In this document: positions 1 through 7,600 of the stretch, piece after piece | Numbering within the stretch: the first letter of the stretch is position 1 | Layout: every line of letters starts with the position of its first letter | Position numbers and translations under genes: made by a program | The notes under the pieces: generated by a model | Database searches by the model: none | Told to the model about the DNA's origin: nothing | Seen by the model: the letters and a program-made list of their open reading frames with translations, nothing else | Source: a virus | Length of the DNA: 40,263 nucleotides | Reading direction: 5' to 3' (one strand) | Virus record (IMG/VR): IMGVR_UViG_3300045988_028614 | Span: 1-40,263 of that record

Positions 1-60
1 ATTTTTTTATAAATATTTGCTATATAGAAATTAGTGTAGTTTTTGTAGTAAATGTAGTAA
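1..60. repeat. Iteron array B, distal part (array wraps across the contig junction from 39921..40263)
   Basis: gctatatagaaa followed by tgtagtttttgtagtaaatgtagtaa (35-60), which is three inverted copies of the TTACTACATTT unit. These 26 nt are identical to 24985-25010 in array A. Confidence 0.8.
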
Positions 61-120
61 CTTAGATTTTTATTTTGTTACAAGGGGAGAGTGAAGGAGG
101 TTTCCTCCTCACGAAAATTC

Positions 121-149
121 TTGACACGTAAAGCTATTTTTGCTATAAT
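121..149 (+). promoter_or_regulatory. Sigma-A type promoter
   Basis: TTGACA (121-126), 17-nt spacer, extended -10 TGcTATAAT (141-149). An imperfect inverted repeat gtgaaggagg/cctcctcac (91-112) lies just upstream. Confidence 0.6.
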
Positions 150-155
150 GTAAGT

Positions 156-222
156 ATAAAAGTACCTCCAAACGATAAAGTGTTTTGCAAAAGGGCGTTC
201 TAGTTAAGAACGTTCTTTTTTT
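156..222 (+). ncRNA. Candidate short transcript or attenuated leader running from promoter 121-149 to terminator 193-222
   Basis: Promoter and intrinsic terminator are about 70 nt apart with no ORF between them. It contains cctcc (165-169), an anti-Shine-Dalgarno-like motif. The 5' end is inferred only from -10 spacing. Confidence 0.3.
193..222 (+). terminator. Rho-independent terminator
   Basis: Stem cgttct (196-201) / agaacg (207-212), 5-nt loop, then ttcttttttt. Confidence 0.6.
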
Positions 223-228
223 ATGCAC

Positions 229-258
229 TTTACAAATTTATAACGCATTTGATATAAT
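229..258 (+). promoter_or_regulatory. Putative promoter for the scaffold-capsid genes
   Basis: TTTACA (229-234), 18-nt spacer, TATAAT (253-258). Confidence 0.45.
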
Positions 259-310
259 TAAATTATCCTAAGAGCTTACAACTCTATAAAAACGTAAAGG
301 AGGAATATAA

Positions 311-862
311 ATGGATTTAAAAGCAATATTAAAAAGATGTGGATTAGAAGGTGAGTTAGTGGACACTATTGCAGACACTATAAAAGCAGAAATCCCTAAG
401 GAGTTCGTTTCTAAGCAACAATACAATAAGAAAGTTGGTGCTATAGATGAACTTAATAACACTATTGCAGATTTAGAAGCTAAGATTGAGAACTCAAATA
501 CTGACGAGTATAAGAGTAAATATGAAGCTTTACAGAGTGAATTTGACACATATAAAAATAACATAGAAGTTGAAAAGATTAATGAACAGAAGAGAGGTTT
601 ATTAACCGAACAACTAAAAAAAGAAGGATTCAACGAAAAAATACTAAAGTTGTTAACTAAAGAAATAGATTTAGAAACTTTAGAGATTGAAAATGATGCT
701 ATAAAAGATTGGGATAATATAGTTAATCCATTAAAGGAAAATTATTCTGATTTTATAAAGCAAGAGAGTATTAGTGGTTTAGGTTCAGTACAACCACCAA
801 CAAACACACAAACAGAAAATAATGACAATCCTCTAGCAAATGCTTTAGGAAAATATTTATAA
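311..862 (+). CDS. Scaffolding protein (phage GP20-like minor structural protein)
   Basis: RBS aaaggagg upstream. Coiled-coil-rich 183 aa sitting directly upstream of the capsid gene. The N-terminus MDLKAILKRCGLEGELVDTI...IPKEFVSKQQYNKK is typical of GP20-type scaffolds. Confidence 0.7.
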   Translation: MDLKAILKRCGLEGELVDTIADTIKAEIPKEFVSKQQYNKKVGAIDELNNTIADLEAKIENSNTDEYKSKYEALQSEFDTYKNNIEVEKINEQKRGLLTEQLKKEGFNEKILKLLTKEIDLETLEIENDAIKDWDNIVNPLKENYSDFIKQESISGLGSVQPPTNTQTENNDNPLANALGKYL

Positions 863-877
863 TAGGAGGTAAGGCGA

Positions 878-1855
878 ATGGCACTTACATTAGAACAAAG
901 TAAAGTCGGTATGGCTAATAAGGTCGACCAAACTGTAATTGATATGTTTAGAAGAGAATCAACGTTGCTAGATAAAATGGTGTTTGACAATGCGGTTTCA
1001 CCGGGTACTGGTGGTTCTACATTAACATATGGTTATCAACAATTAAAAACTCCTTCAACTGCAAAATTCAGAAAAATAGGAGAAAACTATACTGCAAATG
1101 AAGCAATAAGAGAAGCTAAGACTGCTGATTGTAAAATATTCGGTGGTAGCTTCGGGGTTGATAGAGTTATCGCTCAAACTAGCGGAGCTATCGATGAAGT
1201 TGCTTTCCAAATGCAACAAAAAATTAAAGGAGCTGTTAATTTATTTAACTACGCTTTAATAAAAGGGGATAAGAGTGGTACTCAAAGCGGGAGCCATCCG
1301 GAGTTTGATGGATTAGACAAGCTTCTAGCGGATACAGAAACAGAATACGAACCGGAAGCGGCTATCGATTTATCTACTTCTGCAAAAATGACAGAAAATG
1401 CCGAGTTGTTTGCTGATACATTAGATGAATGGTTATCTTTATTTGAAGAAAAACCGGATTTCTTAATAATGAATAGTAAAATGGCTACTAAAATGAAGTC
1501 AATTGCTAGAAAGTTAGGTTATTACACAAGAACAGAAGATGCTTTTGGAAGAGGTGTAGATAATTACGATGGAATACCTTTTTATGTTGTAGGAACTTAT
1601 TATGATGGTTCCCAAGCTAAAGAAATAATAGAGATAGACACTTCTACTAAAGAAACTTCTATCTATGGAGTTAAAATAGATTTAGGAGGATTCCACGGAA
1701 TTTCACCGGCTGGGGATAAGATAATAAAGACTTATCAAAAAGATGTAACTGATACTGGAGTTATAATCGATGGTGAAGTAGAAGCGGTTATGGGTGTAGT
1801 TCTAAAGAACTCAAGAAAAGCAGGTGTATTAAGAAAAATAAAAGTAGCACCCTAA
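878..1855 (+). CDS. Major capsid protein
   Basis: 325 aa, RBS aggaggt, positioned after the scaffold gene and followed by a strong terminator, as expected for an abundant product. Confidence 0.8.
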   Translation: MALTLEQSKVGMANKVDQTVIDMFRRESTLLDKMVFDNAVSPGTGGSTLTYGYQQLKTPSTAKFRKIGENYTANEAIREAKTADCKIFGGSFGVDRVIAQTSGAIDEVAFQMQQKIKGAVNLFNYALIKGDKSGTQSGSHPEFDGLDKLLADTETEYEPEAAIDLSTSAKMTENAELFADTLDEWLSLFEEKPDFLIMNSKMATKMKSIARKLGYYTRTEDAFGRGVDNYDGIPFYVVGTYYDGSQAKEIIEIDTSTKETSIYGVKIDLGGFHGISPAGDKIIKTYQKDVTDTGVIIDGEVEAVMGVVLKNSRKAGVLRKIKVAP

Positions 1856-1928
1856 TCTAGCCCTTGCTTCTTTGAGTGAAGAAAAACCGAAGAAAAGAAC
1901 TAGAAGGGCAAAGCAAGACACGGAATAG

Positions 1929-1959
1929 GACGACAAAATATTGTCGTCTTTTTCTTTTA
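1929..1959 (+). terminator. Rho-independent terminator after the capsid gene
   Basis: 8-bp stem gacgacaa (1929-1936) / ttgtcgtc (1941-1948), loop aata, T-rich run. Confidence 0.75.
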
Positions 1960-1961
1960 TA

Positions 1962-1982
1962 TGATATAATTTAGATAGAAAG
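1962..1982 (+). promoter_or_regulatory. Putative late promoter: extended -10 plus a conserved downstream box
   Basis: TGaTATAAT (1962-1970) then t TAGATAGAAAG (1972-1982). The same TATAATnTAGATAGAAAG string recurs at 31898-31915 in front of terS. Confidence 0.5.
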
Positions 1983-1993
1983 GAAGTGAAGAA

Positions 1994-4174
1994 ATGGCAT
2001 TTAAAAAGATACCTTTAACTATTGATACTATGATAAGAAATCCAGTACCGGTTGAAGGGATAAATCAAGAGGATAATATAGAATTAAATATAGTTGTAAC
2101 TGAAAATAAGACACCTAAAGACCTATCCAGTCAGACTATAAAGGTTTATGTTAGAAGGATAGATGGGACTTTAGTAGAACAGACCGACCAAATAACTCCA
2201 ACCAACGCTAGTAAAGGGGAGGTTACTGTTAAATTAAAAAATAGTGCATTTAATAAAGAAGGTTATGCATTATTTCAACTAGATGTTTCTGATTCTAGTG
2301 GAAGGATAACAAGCTCTTATGCTACTTTTAAGATAGGAAAAGGTTTAGCAAGTGGTGAAGCTATTGCAAATACAAATGAGGTTAATGCTTTAAAACAAAT
2401 TGAGGAGTATGTTAAAAAGGCAAATAAAGAACTAGAAACCTTCAAACAAACAGTTGTAGAAATAAATGAAAATGAAGCGACTAGACAAGAAAATGAAAGA
2501 ATAAGGATTAAGAATGAAAAAGAAAGAGAATTAGTTATAAGTGGAATAACAGAAAAAATAAAAGGTAAATATGATAATGTTATATTACAAGGATATGAAT
2601 TGAGATTTTATTCAGAAGGGATTTTGAAAAAGACTATAAATATCCCGGTTGGTATAAATGGTGAAATAGATTTAAGTGGTTATCAAACCAAAGAAGATGA
2701 AACATTAATTACACACAAAAAAGATGTAATAGGGGCTATAAATGAATTATCGAGCGAAGTTCTTTTGAATAAGGAAAATGCTACCTTTAATAATCAAGAA
2801 GATTTTATAGAAACTTTAAAAAATCTATATAAACCTTTAAATATGAATTTGGTAGTGAATGATGTTGAAAAAAATAATTATAGCGTGATATTTGAATTAG
2901 AAAATAATAAAGCGATTCGATATTTGTTTTCGCAAAAAACAATGAATGGAATTCTAGATGATTATATTCTTTTGGGTGAATCGGGATATGGAGAGTTAAT
3001 AAAAACGGATGTTATAAGTAAGCATGAAAGTTACGACGAAGTAACTGGAGAATGGAATAAACAATATCCCCCAAGTTTTTACACAACAGAAGTAGGGGCA
3101 ACTATGACGAAAAAATTTGTTGGAAATAGAATTGATTTCTATAGTTTTGGTGATGATAGAGGAGGGGTTTGGGAATTTGTTATTGATGATGAACAAAAAA
3201 CTAAATTCACTCATTCAACGTGGAGGGAAAAAGCGGGTGCAATTCCACCGGTAACGATATGGAAAGATATAAAAGGTGAAAATAAAGAACATACTTTAAA
3301 AGCTATATTTAAAGGAGATGACCCGGAGCACATTCCTTCTAGTGGTGTTGGAACCTCTAGGGGATGGGTATATTACAATGAAGGAGAGAATGCTATCAAT
3401 TCCTTTTACGTATATAAAAGTAGTAAATTTGTACAAACTTCAATTACCCCGCTTTATCATCATTCTAATAAAGAGTTTGCTATAGAAGCAAGGAAAGATG
3501 GTACTGAATCGCCATTTCATTTTTGTCCTATGCATGATGTTTTAACTGCAAAAGAAAAGAGCAAACCTAAAATCCTCATCGATTCTCGAGAAAGGGAACT
3601 TTTAAATGGTGAAAATATTACAGGGGTAAACGAATTTAAGATAATCCAACAAATATATCATAAAAATCCAGAAACCGAAGAAAATTTAGCGGAGATTACA
3701 ACTGTTACTACGGTAAAGAAAGATGGGACGGTAACAATCAATGGGAAATATAAAGCGTTAATAGATTTGGAAATAAAAACAGGGTATGGTATAATGTTTC
3801 CTTTTGACAACACTTTTAACAAAAAACTTTTAACTAGCATAAATAATGAATATATTACAAGTTCGGAACTAGAAGGGACTAACGTTTATTTAGAAAAAGA
3901 AAAAGATAAAACTATAAGTTTTTTGAGCTTGAGTGATAGTTACAAGAATCTAGCTTTAGCTTGTACTTTTTTTAATCCTAAAACAACATTGAGGCAAAAT
4001 ATGCAAGGGAAACAAGATTTGAACCATTGTACATGGATTAATTATAGAAATAGCGATATGGCTAAATTATATCAACAAGTTTATTACGGAACCAAAATGA
4101 AAAAAGGAGAATTGTTCAGATTTAGTGGTGGTTTTTTGTTAGCTGAATGTGATGCGATTTATGAATTGTTTTAG
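1994..4174 (+). CDS. Fibre-like structural protein: BppU_N-type Ig-like N-domain, coiled coil and a large C-terminal globular domain
   Basis: The N-terminal roughly 115 aa (PLTIDTMIRN...ELNIVVTENKTPKDLSSQTIKVYVRRIDG...GEVTVKLKNSAF...ALFQLDV) resembles baseplate-upper-protein N domains. This is followed by an E/K/N-rich coiled coil (NEVNALKQIEEYVKKANKELETFK...RQENERIRIKNEKERE). The C-terminal half was not recognised. Confidence 0.55.
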   Translation: MAFKKIPLTIDTMIRNPVPVEGINQEDNIELNIVVTENKTPKDLSSQTIKVYVRRIDGTLVEQTDQITPTNASKGEVTVKLKNSAFNKEGYALFQLDVSDSSGRITSSYATFKIGKGLASGEAIANTNEVNALKQIEEYVKKANKELETFKQTVVEINENEATRQENERIRIKNEKERELVISGITEKIKGKYDNVILQGYELRFYSEGILKKTINIPVGINGEIDLSGYQTKEDETLITHKKDVIGAINELSSEVLLNKENATFNNQEDFIETLKNLYKPLNMNLVVNDVEKNNYSVIFELENNKAIRYLFSQKTMNGILDDYILLGESGYGELIKTDVISKHESYDEVTGEWNKQYPPSFYTTEVGATMTKKFVGNRIDFYSFGDDRGGVWEFVIDDEQKTKFTHSTWREKAGAIPPVTIWKDIKGENKEHTLKAIFKGDDPEHIPSSGVGTSRGWVYYNEGENAINSFYVYKSSKFVQTSITPLYHHSNKEFAIEARKDGTESPFHFCPMHDVLTAKEKSKPKILIDSRERELLNGENITGVNEFKIIQQIYHKNPETEENLAEITTVTTVKKDGTVTINGKYKALIDLEIKTGYGIMFPFDNTFNKKLLTSINNEYITSSELEGTNVYLEKEKDKTISFLSLSDSYKNLALACTFFNPKTTLRQNMQGKQDLNHCTWINYRNSDMAKLYQQVYYGTKMKKGELFRFSGGFLLAECDAIYELF

Positions 4175-4189
4175 CAGGAGGGGAGAGAA

Positions 4190-4660
4190 GTGGAAAAAAT
4201 ATTAAGTTCTGTAAATAATTACTTTTATAAATTTTACGAAAGTGGAAGCTATTCAATAAACACTAACACTATAACAGTAAAAGGTAAATATATAATAGGT
4301 CAATATGTAAGAATAGAAGGCAGTACACTAAATGATGGGGTATATAAGGTCGCTTTTGTAGATGGTCAAAATATAACACTAGAAAGCCTTGCGATGCAAG
4401 ATGAAGAGTTTGAGGGGATAATATCCTCTCTTGCTATTCCAAGCGATTTAATAAGCCTTAAAGCTAAAATAGAAGTATATGAGAGCGAAAATAAACCGAG
4501 TGCTATTGTAAGTGAGAGTTTTGGTAATTATTCTTACAGTTTAGCAACTAATGCAAATGGTCAAGCTTTAACATGGCAAGAGGTGTTTTCAAATGAATTA
4601 AAACCATATAGAAAACCAAAATTATTTTGGGATAAAAGAGGGGTGAAAGAAATATGCTAG
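4190..4660 (+). CDS. Head-tail connector (gp6/gp15-like) protein
   Basis: GTG start with RBS aggagggg. 156 aa, first of three small neck genes between the capsid and major tail genes. The call rests on synteny. Confidence 0.5.
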   Translation: MEKILSSVNNYFYKFYESGSYSINTNTITVKGKYIIGQYVRIEGSTLNDGVYKVAFVDGQNITLESLAMQDEEFEGIISSLAIPSDLISLKAKIEVYESENKPSAIVSESFGNYSYSLATNANGQALTWQEVFSNELKPYRKPKLFWDKRGVKEIC

Positions 4661-4989
4661 ATGATTATAAAGAAAATCTCATTATAATGGAGAAAAGAAC
4701 AGTATCTGACGGAATGGGTGGATATGAAACTTCATGGATAGAGGGAGCAACTTTTAAGGGTGCTATAAGTTTAGATAACTCTACTCAAGCAAAACTTGCG
4801 GAACAACAAGGGGTTACATCGCTATATACTATAACGGTTGATATAAATGTACCTCTTAACTTCAATGATGTTGTTAAAAGAGGAAATGACTATTTAAGGA
4901 TTACAAGTCGTCCCGAAGATATGATCACACCTAAAAGGGCGAGAGTTCAAAATAAGCAACTTAGTGCAGAGTTGTATGTTTTAGCATAA
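4654..4989 (+). CDS. Head closure / head-tail adaptor protein
   Basis: 111 aa, overlaps the upstream gene. The pattern ...RTVSDGMGGYETSWIEGATFKGAI...YTITV... is typical of Phage_H_T_join-type proteins. Confidence 0.6.
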   Translation: MLDDYKENLIIMEKRTVSDGMGGYETSWIEGATFKGAISLDNSTQAKLAEQQGVTSLYTITVDINVPLNFNDVVKRGNDYLRITSRPEDMITPKRARVQNKQLSAELYVLA

Positions 4990-5025
4990 ATATGATAGAA
5001 TTAGAATAAGGAAAGGAGTTGCGAC

Positions 5026-5391
5026 ATGGAAAAATTTACAGAGTATTCAAAGGCGTTGTATAGTTATTTCAATAGCATCATGCCTTCATTTTTAGAGGGA
5101 AACGTTCCACAAGGTACGCAATTCCCTTACTTAACTTACAATTTAAGTTATACGCCAAACTATGACGATACTTTAATTCAGTTCTCTATATGGGATAAAT
5201 CGACTTCATTAAAAACTGTAGCGAGTAAATTAGATTTGCTAGGTAATGATATAGATAGTGGGAAAGTGGTATTTACCTCTAATGGCTCTATACAGTTATA
5301 TAAAGGTTCTCCGTTTGGAGAAATGTTACAAGATGAAGAACCGAATATTAAGCGTTTATATGGCGTTGTACAAGCAAGAATATACCTATAA
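5026..5391 (+). CDS. Tail completion / tail terminator-like protein
   Basis: 121 aa immediately upstream of the major tail protein gene. The call rests on synteny. Confidence 0.45.
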   Translation: MEKFTEYSKALYSYFNSIMPSFLEGNVPQGTQFPYLTYNLSYTPNYDDTLIQFSIWDKSTSLKTVASKLDLLGNDIDSGKVVFTSNGSIQLYKGSPFGEMLQDEEPNIKRLYGVVQARIYL

Positions 5392-5402
5392 GGAGGGATA
5401 AA

Positions 5403-6002
5403 ATGAAATTATTAAACGGATTGACACAGACTACACCTCAAAACTTTCAGTTAGATGCTGGAGTGTGGTTAACTGGTGTAACGTGGGATAGTGTTTCTGA
5501 TGAGGAAACTTTAAGAAGTGCAATAACAACTGCCATGGGAACTCAAACTAATATATTGGGTGCTACAAGTGGTGGAGGAAGTATTGAAATAGTACCTGAT
5601 ATAAGAGACTTAATGGAAGATGTTGATGGTGCAGTCGGGATGTATAAAGATTGTTTAGCGGTAAATAAAATCGACTGTAAAGTTAAAACTAAAATAGCAG
5701 AGGTTAAACCGGGCACAATGTTAATGGCTATAGGTTGTGCAGAAGAAGCTTCACTAGGTGCAGGGAAGAAAATAACTTTAAGAAACCATTTCTTATCTAA
5801 GGATTATAAGGAAATAGTTTGGGCAGGTACACTTAATAAAAGTGATGGACTTATGGTTGTTAGGGTTAAAAATGCAATATCAACTGGTGGTTTAAACTTC
5901 GAGATAGAAAATCAAGGAAAAGGTAAGTTTGATTTAGAATTAACACCTTGCATTGATTTAGCAAAGCCTGATGAAAGTCCAATTGAAATTTATTTAGTAT
6001 AA
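5403..6002 (+). CDS. Major tail protein
   Basis: 199 aa, RBS aaggaggg, positioned directly before the chaperone/frameshift pair and the tape measure gene. Confidence 0.7.
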   Translation: MKLLNGLTQTTPQNFQLDAGVWLTGVTWDSVSDEETLRSAITTAMGTQTNILGATSGGGSIEIVPDIRDLMEDVDGAVGMYKDCLAVNKIDCKVKTKIAEVKPGTMLMAIGCAEEASLGAGKKITLRNHFLSKDYKEIVWAGTLNKSDGLMVVRVKNAISTGGLNFEIENQGKGKFDLELTPCIDLAKPDESPIEIYLV

Positions 6003-6014
6003 AGGAGAATAAGG

Positions 6015-6362
6015 ATGAGATTAAGTGAAATGACTAACGAAGTTTGTATTGAGAAAGTAATTGAAATAACTCCGTATCTTGGAGAGATTATGCAAGATGA
6101 AGAGTTAATCTCTATCTTCTATGATAGATTAGATATAAGTGGAATGGACGAGAAAGAAGGAAAAATCAAAGGATTGGCTAAAGGTGTAAGTAATTTCACT
6201 AAATTAATTCCTATCCTTCTTAAAAAACATAAAGAAAACATTTATAATGTATTAGCCGTTGTAAATGATAAAACAGTTGAAGAAATTGCAAAACAGAATC
6301 CAGTACAAACAATCAAACAATTAAAAGAATTATGGAGCGATAAAGAACTTCTAAATTTTTAG
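6015..6362 (+). CDS. Tail assembly chaperone (gpG-like, short product)
   Basis: 115 aa acidic protein between the major tail and tape measure genes. It ends at TAG immediately after a slippery heptamer. Confidence 0.7.
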   Translation: MRLSEMTNEVCIEKVIEITPYLGEIMQDEELISIFYDRLDISGMDEKEGKIKGLAKGVSNFTKLIPILLKKHKENIYNVLAVVNDKTVEEIAKQNPVQTIKQLKELWSDKELLNF

Positions 6363-6667
6363 CGATCCTCAAAACTTTAGGGAGTGGCAAAGTTATTATT
6401 TATTTGAGTAACTTCCACTCCCTTTCTTTTAAGGCTATAAACGTAGTTTTAATAGAAAAAGAGAACGAGTATAACCTAGAGTGGACACATAAAAGGCATA
6501 TAGCCCAATCACTTTGGGTATGTTCCCAATCTTTAAACAGAGATAAAAAGTTTAAGAGTTTTGAGGAATTATATGAAAACATGAAAAAACAAAACGTGCA
6601 AGAAGAAGAGAAGAGTGTTGAAGAAATTTGCACAGAAATTTATAACAAATTCAAAGGAGGTGAATAG
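6015..6667 (+). CDS. Tail assembly chaperone, frameshift-extended product (gpGT-like; slip at 6353-6359)
   Basis: The -1 frame continues ...LAILKTLGSGKVIIYLSNFHSLSFK... into track ORF 6404..6667, which has only a TTG start and no RBS of its own. This is the canonical position upstream of the tape measure gene. Confidence 0.55.
6353..6359 (+). other. -1 programmed ribosomal frameshift site A_AAT_TTT
   Basis: An XXXYYYZ heptamer aaatttt in the correct phase of the 6015 frame, followed by TAG (6360-6362). The -1 frame is open from 6344 to 6667. Confidence 0.6.
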
Positions 6668-7306
6668 ATGAATTTATTCACTTTAATGGCTGAAATAAGC
6701 ATTGACAATAAGAACTATAATAGTAAAATAGATGAAAGTGGAAAGAAAACTGAAAGTGTTGCGAGTAGAATGGGAAAAGCTACTAAAGTTGCTGGTGCAG
6801 TTATAGCTGGAGGTTTAGGAGTTGCGGCAGGTGCGGCAACGAAAGTTGGTATGGATTTTGAAGCAAGTATGGATCAAGTAGCCGCAACAATGGGTATAGT
6901 TGGAAATGCTTCTGATTCTAACTTCAAAAAACTTTCGGATGCCGCCAAACAAATGGGAGCTACAACTAAGTATAGTGCTTCACAATCAGCTGAAGCGTTG
7001 AACTACTTGGCACTTGCAGGATATGATACAGACAAAGCTATAAGTGCATTACCTAAAGTTCTTAACTTGGCGGCTGCGGGAGGAATTGACCTTGCCTATG
7101 CTTCTGACTTAGTTACGGATTCTATGTCGGCTTTAGGAATAGAAACAGACCAACTTGAGGGATTTACTGACCAAATGGCTAAAACCTCACAGAAAGCAAA
7201 TACAAATGTAGCTCAATTAGGAGAAGCTATCCTAACTGTTGGGGGGACTGCGAAATCTCTTAAAGGTGGAACAGTAGAATTAAATACACAACTCGGAATT
7301 TTGGCT
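6668..7306 (+). CDS. Tail tape measure protein, exon 1
   Basis: TP901-type TMP motifs (MDFEASMDQVAATMG..., ...TKYSASQSAEALNYLALAGYD...). The conserved motif ...TQLGILA is cut here, and read-through gives only KRLLVA then stop. Confidence 0.75.
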
Positions 7307-7600
7307 AAACGATTATTGGTCGCTTAGATAGAAATATCTATGAATAAACATCCCGTGAAAACGGTGAAAGCTAAGTTTTAAAAAGTTCCCATTAATTGAA
7401 AGAATTTTTAAAATAAGCCAATACCGTGCTAAGCATACAAGGGATTGTATGAAAGTGTAGAGACTAGAGGTAGTAATCTAGAACAGAAGAAACCTCCACG
7501 AGTGCGGGACACCCTAACGTAAAGCCGAGGGTGAAGAGATAGTCCCATCCTCAAAGGAAACTTTGAGTTCTAGGATAAAGAGCCTAGATATAAGGCGATG
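7307..7600 (+). ncRNA. ORF-less group I-like intron in the tape measure gene (boundaries plus or minus a few nt)
   Basis: U (7306) precedes the proposed 5' splice site and G (7600) ends the element. Joining gives in-frame ...LGILA|DNGVKGAEGGTALRN, a typical contiguous TMP motif. Many hairpins are present, including GAAA tetraloops (ccgt-gaaa-acgg 7353-7364; ctcaaag-gaaa-ctttgag 7550-7567). It shares blocks with the intron at 36816-37745. Confidence 0.7.

Noticed and set aside
268-633. Minus-strand ORFs from the track considered as real genes: 268..633, 742..990, 2996..3214, 3658..3840, 6400..6633, 7714..7896, 9237..9518, 9886..10212, 12732..12914, 17560..17841, 19287..19775, 21509..21904, 22279..22467, 25389..25694, 26748..27017, 28214..28438, 30332..30646, 31576..31791, 31810..32058, 32446..32682, 34742..34948, 35624..35821, 36659..36847, 37160..37405 and 38433..38678
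   Set aside because: All lie antisense to well-supported + strand genes. They lack RBSs and promoters, and they translate to F/L/I/S-rich low-complexity strings typical of the shadow frame of K/E/N-rich AT-rich genes.
1856-1928. The region after the capsid stop as a read-through or frameshift extension of the capsid protein, or as an RNA gene
   Set aside because: Stops occur quickly in the frames I followed and no slippery site is present. The partial complementarity between 1859-1872 and 1901-1916 is imperfect. It is best treated as an untranslated spacer before the terminator.
7325-7334. TAGATAGAAA inside the TMP intron (and at about 13644-13653) as further late promoters
   Set aside because: No -10 element precedes these copies, and they lie inside an intron or a coding region. 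The core is A/T/G-only and can plausibly recur by chance in this composition.
7307-7600. The tape measure gap as a genuine gene split, a pseudogene, or a small inserted gene
   Set aside because: The gap has no ORF. The two halves are in frame and together reconstitute one conserved motif. The insert is highly structured and homologous to a second HNH-bearing insert. An intron explains all of this better than decay does.
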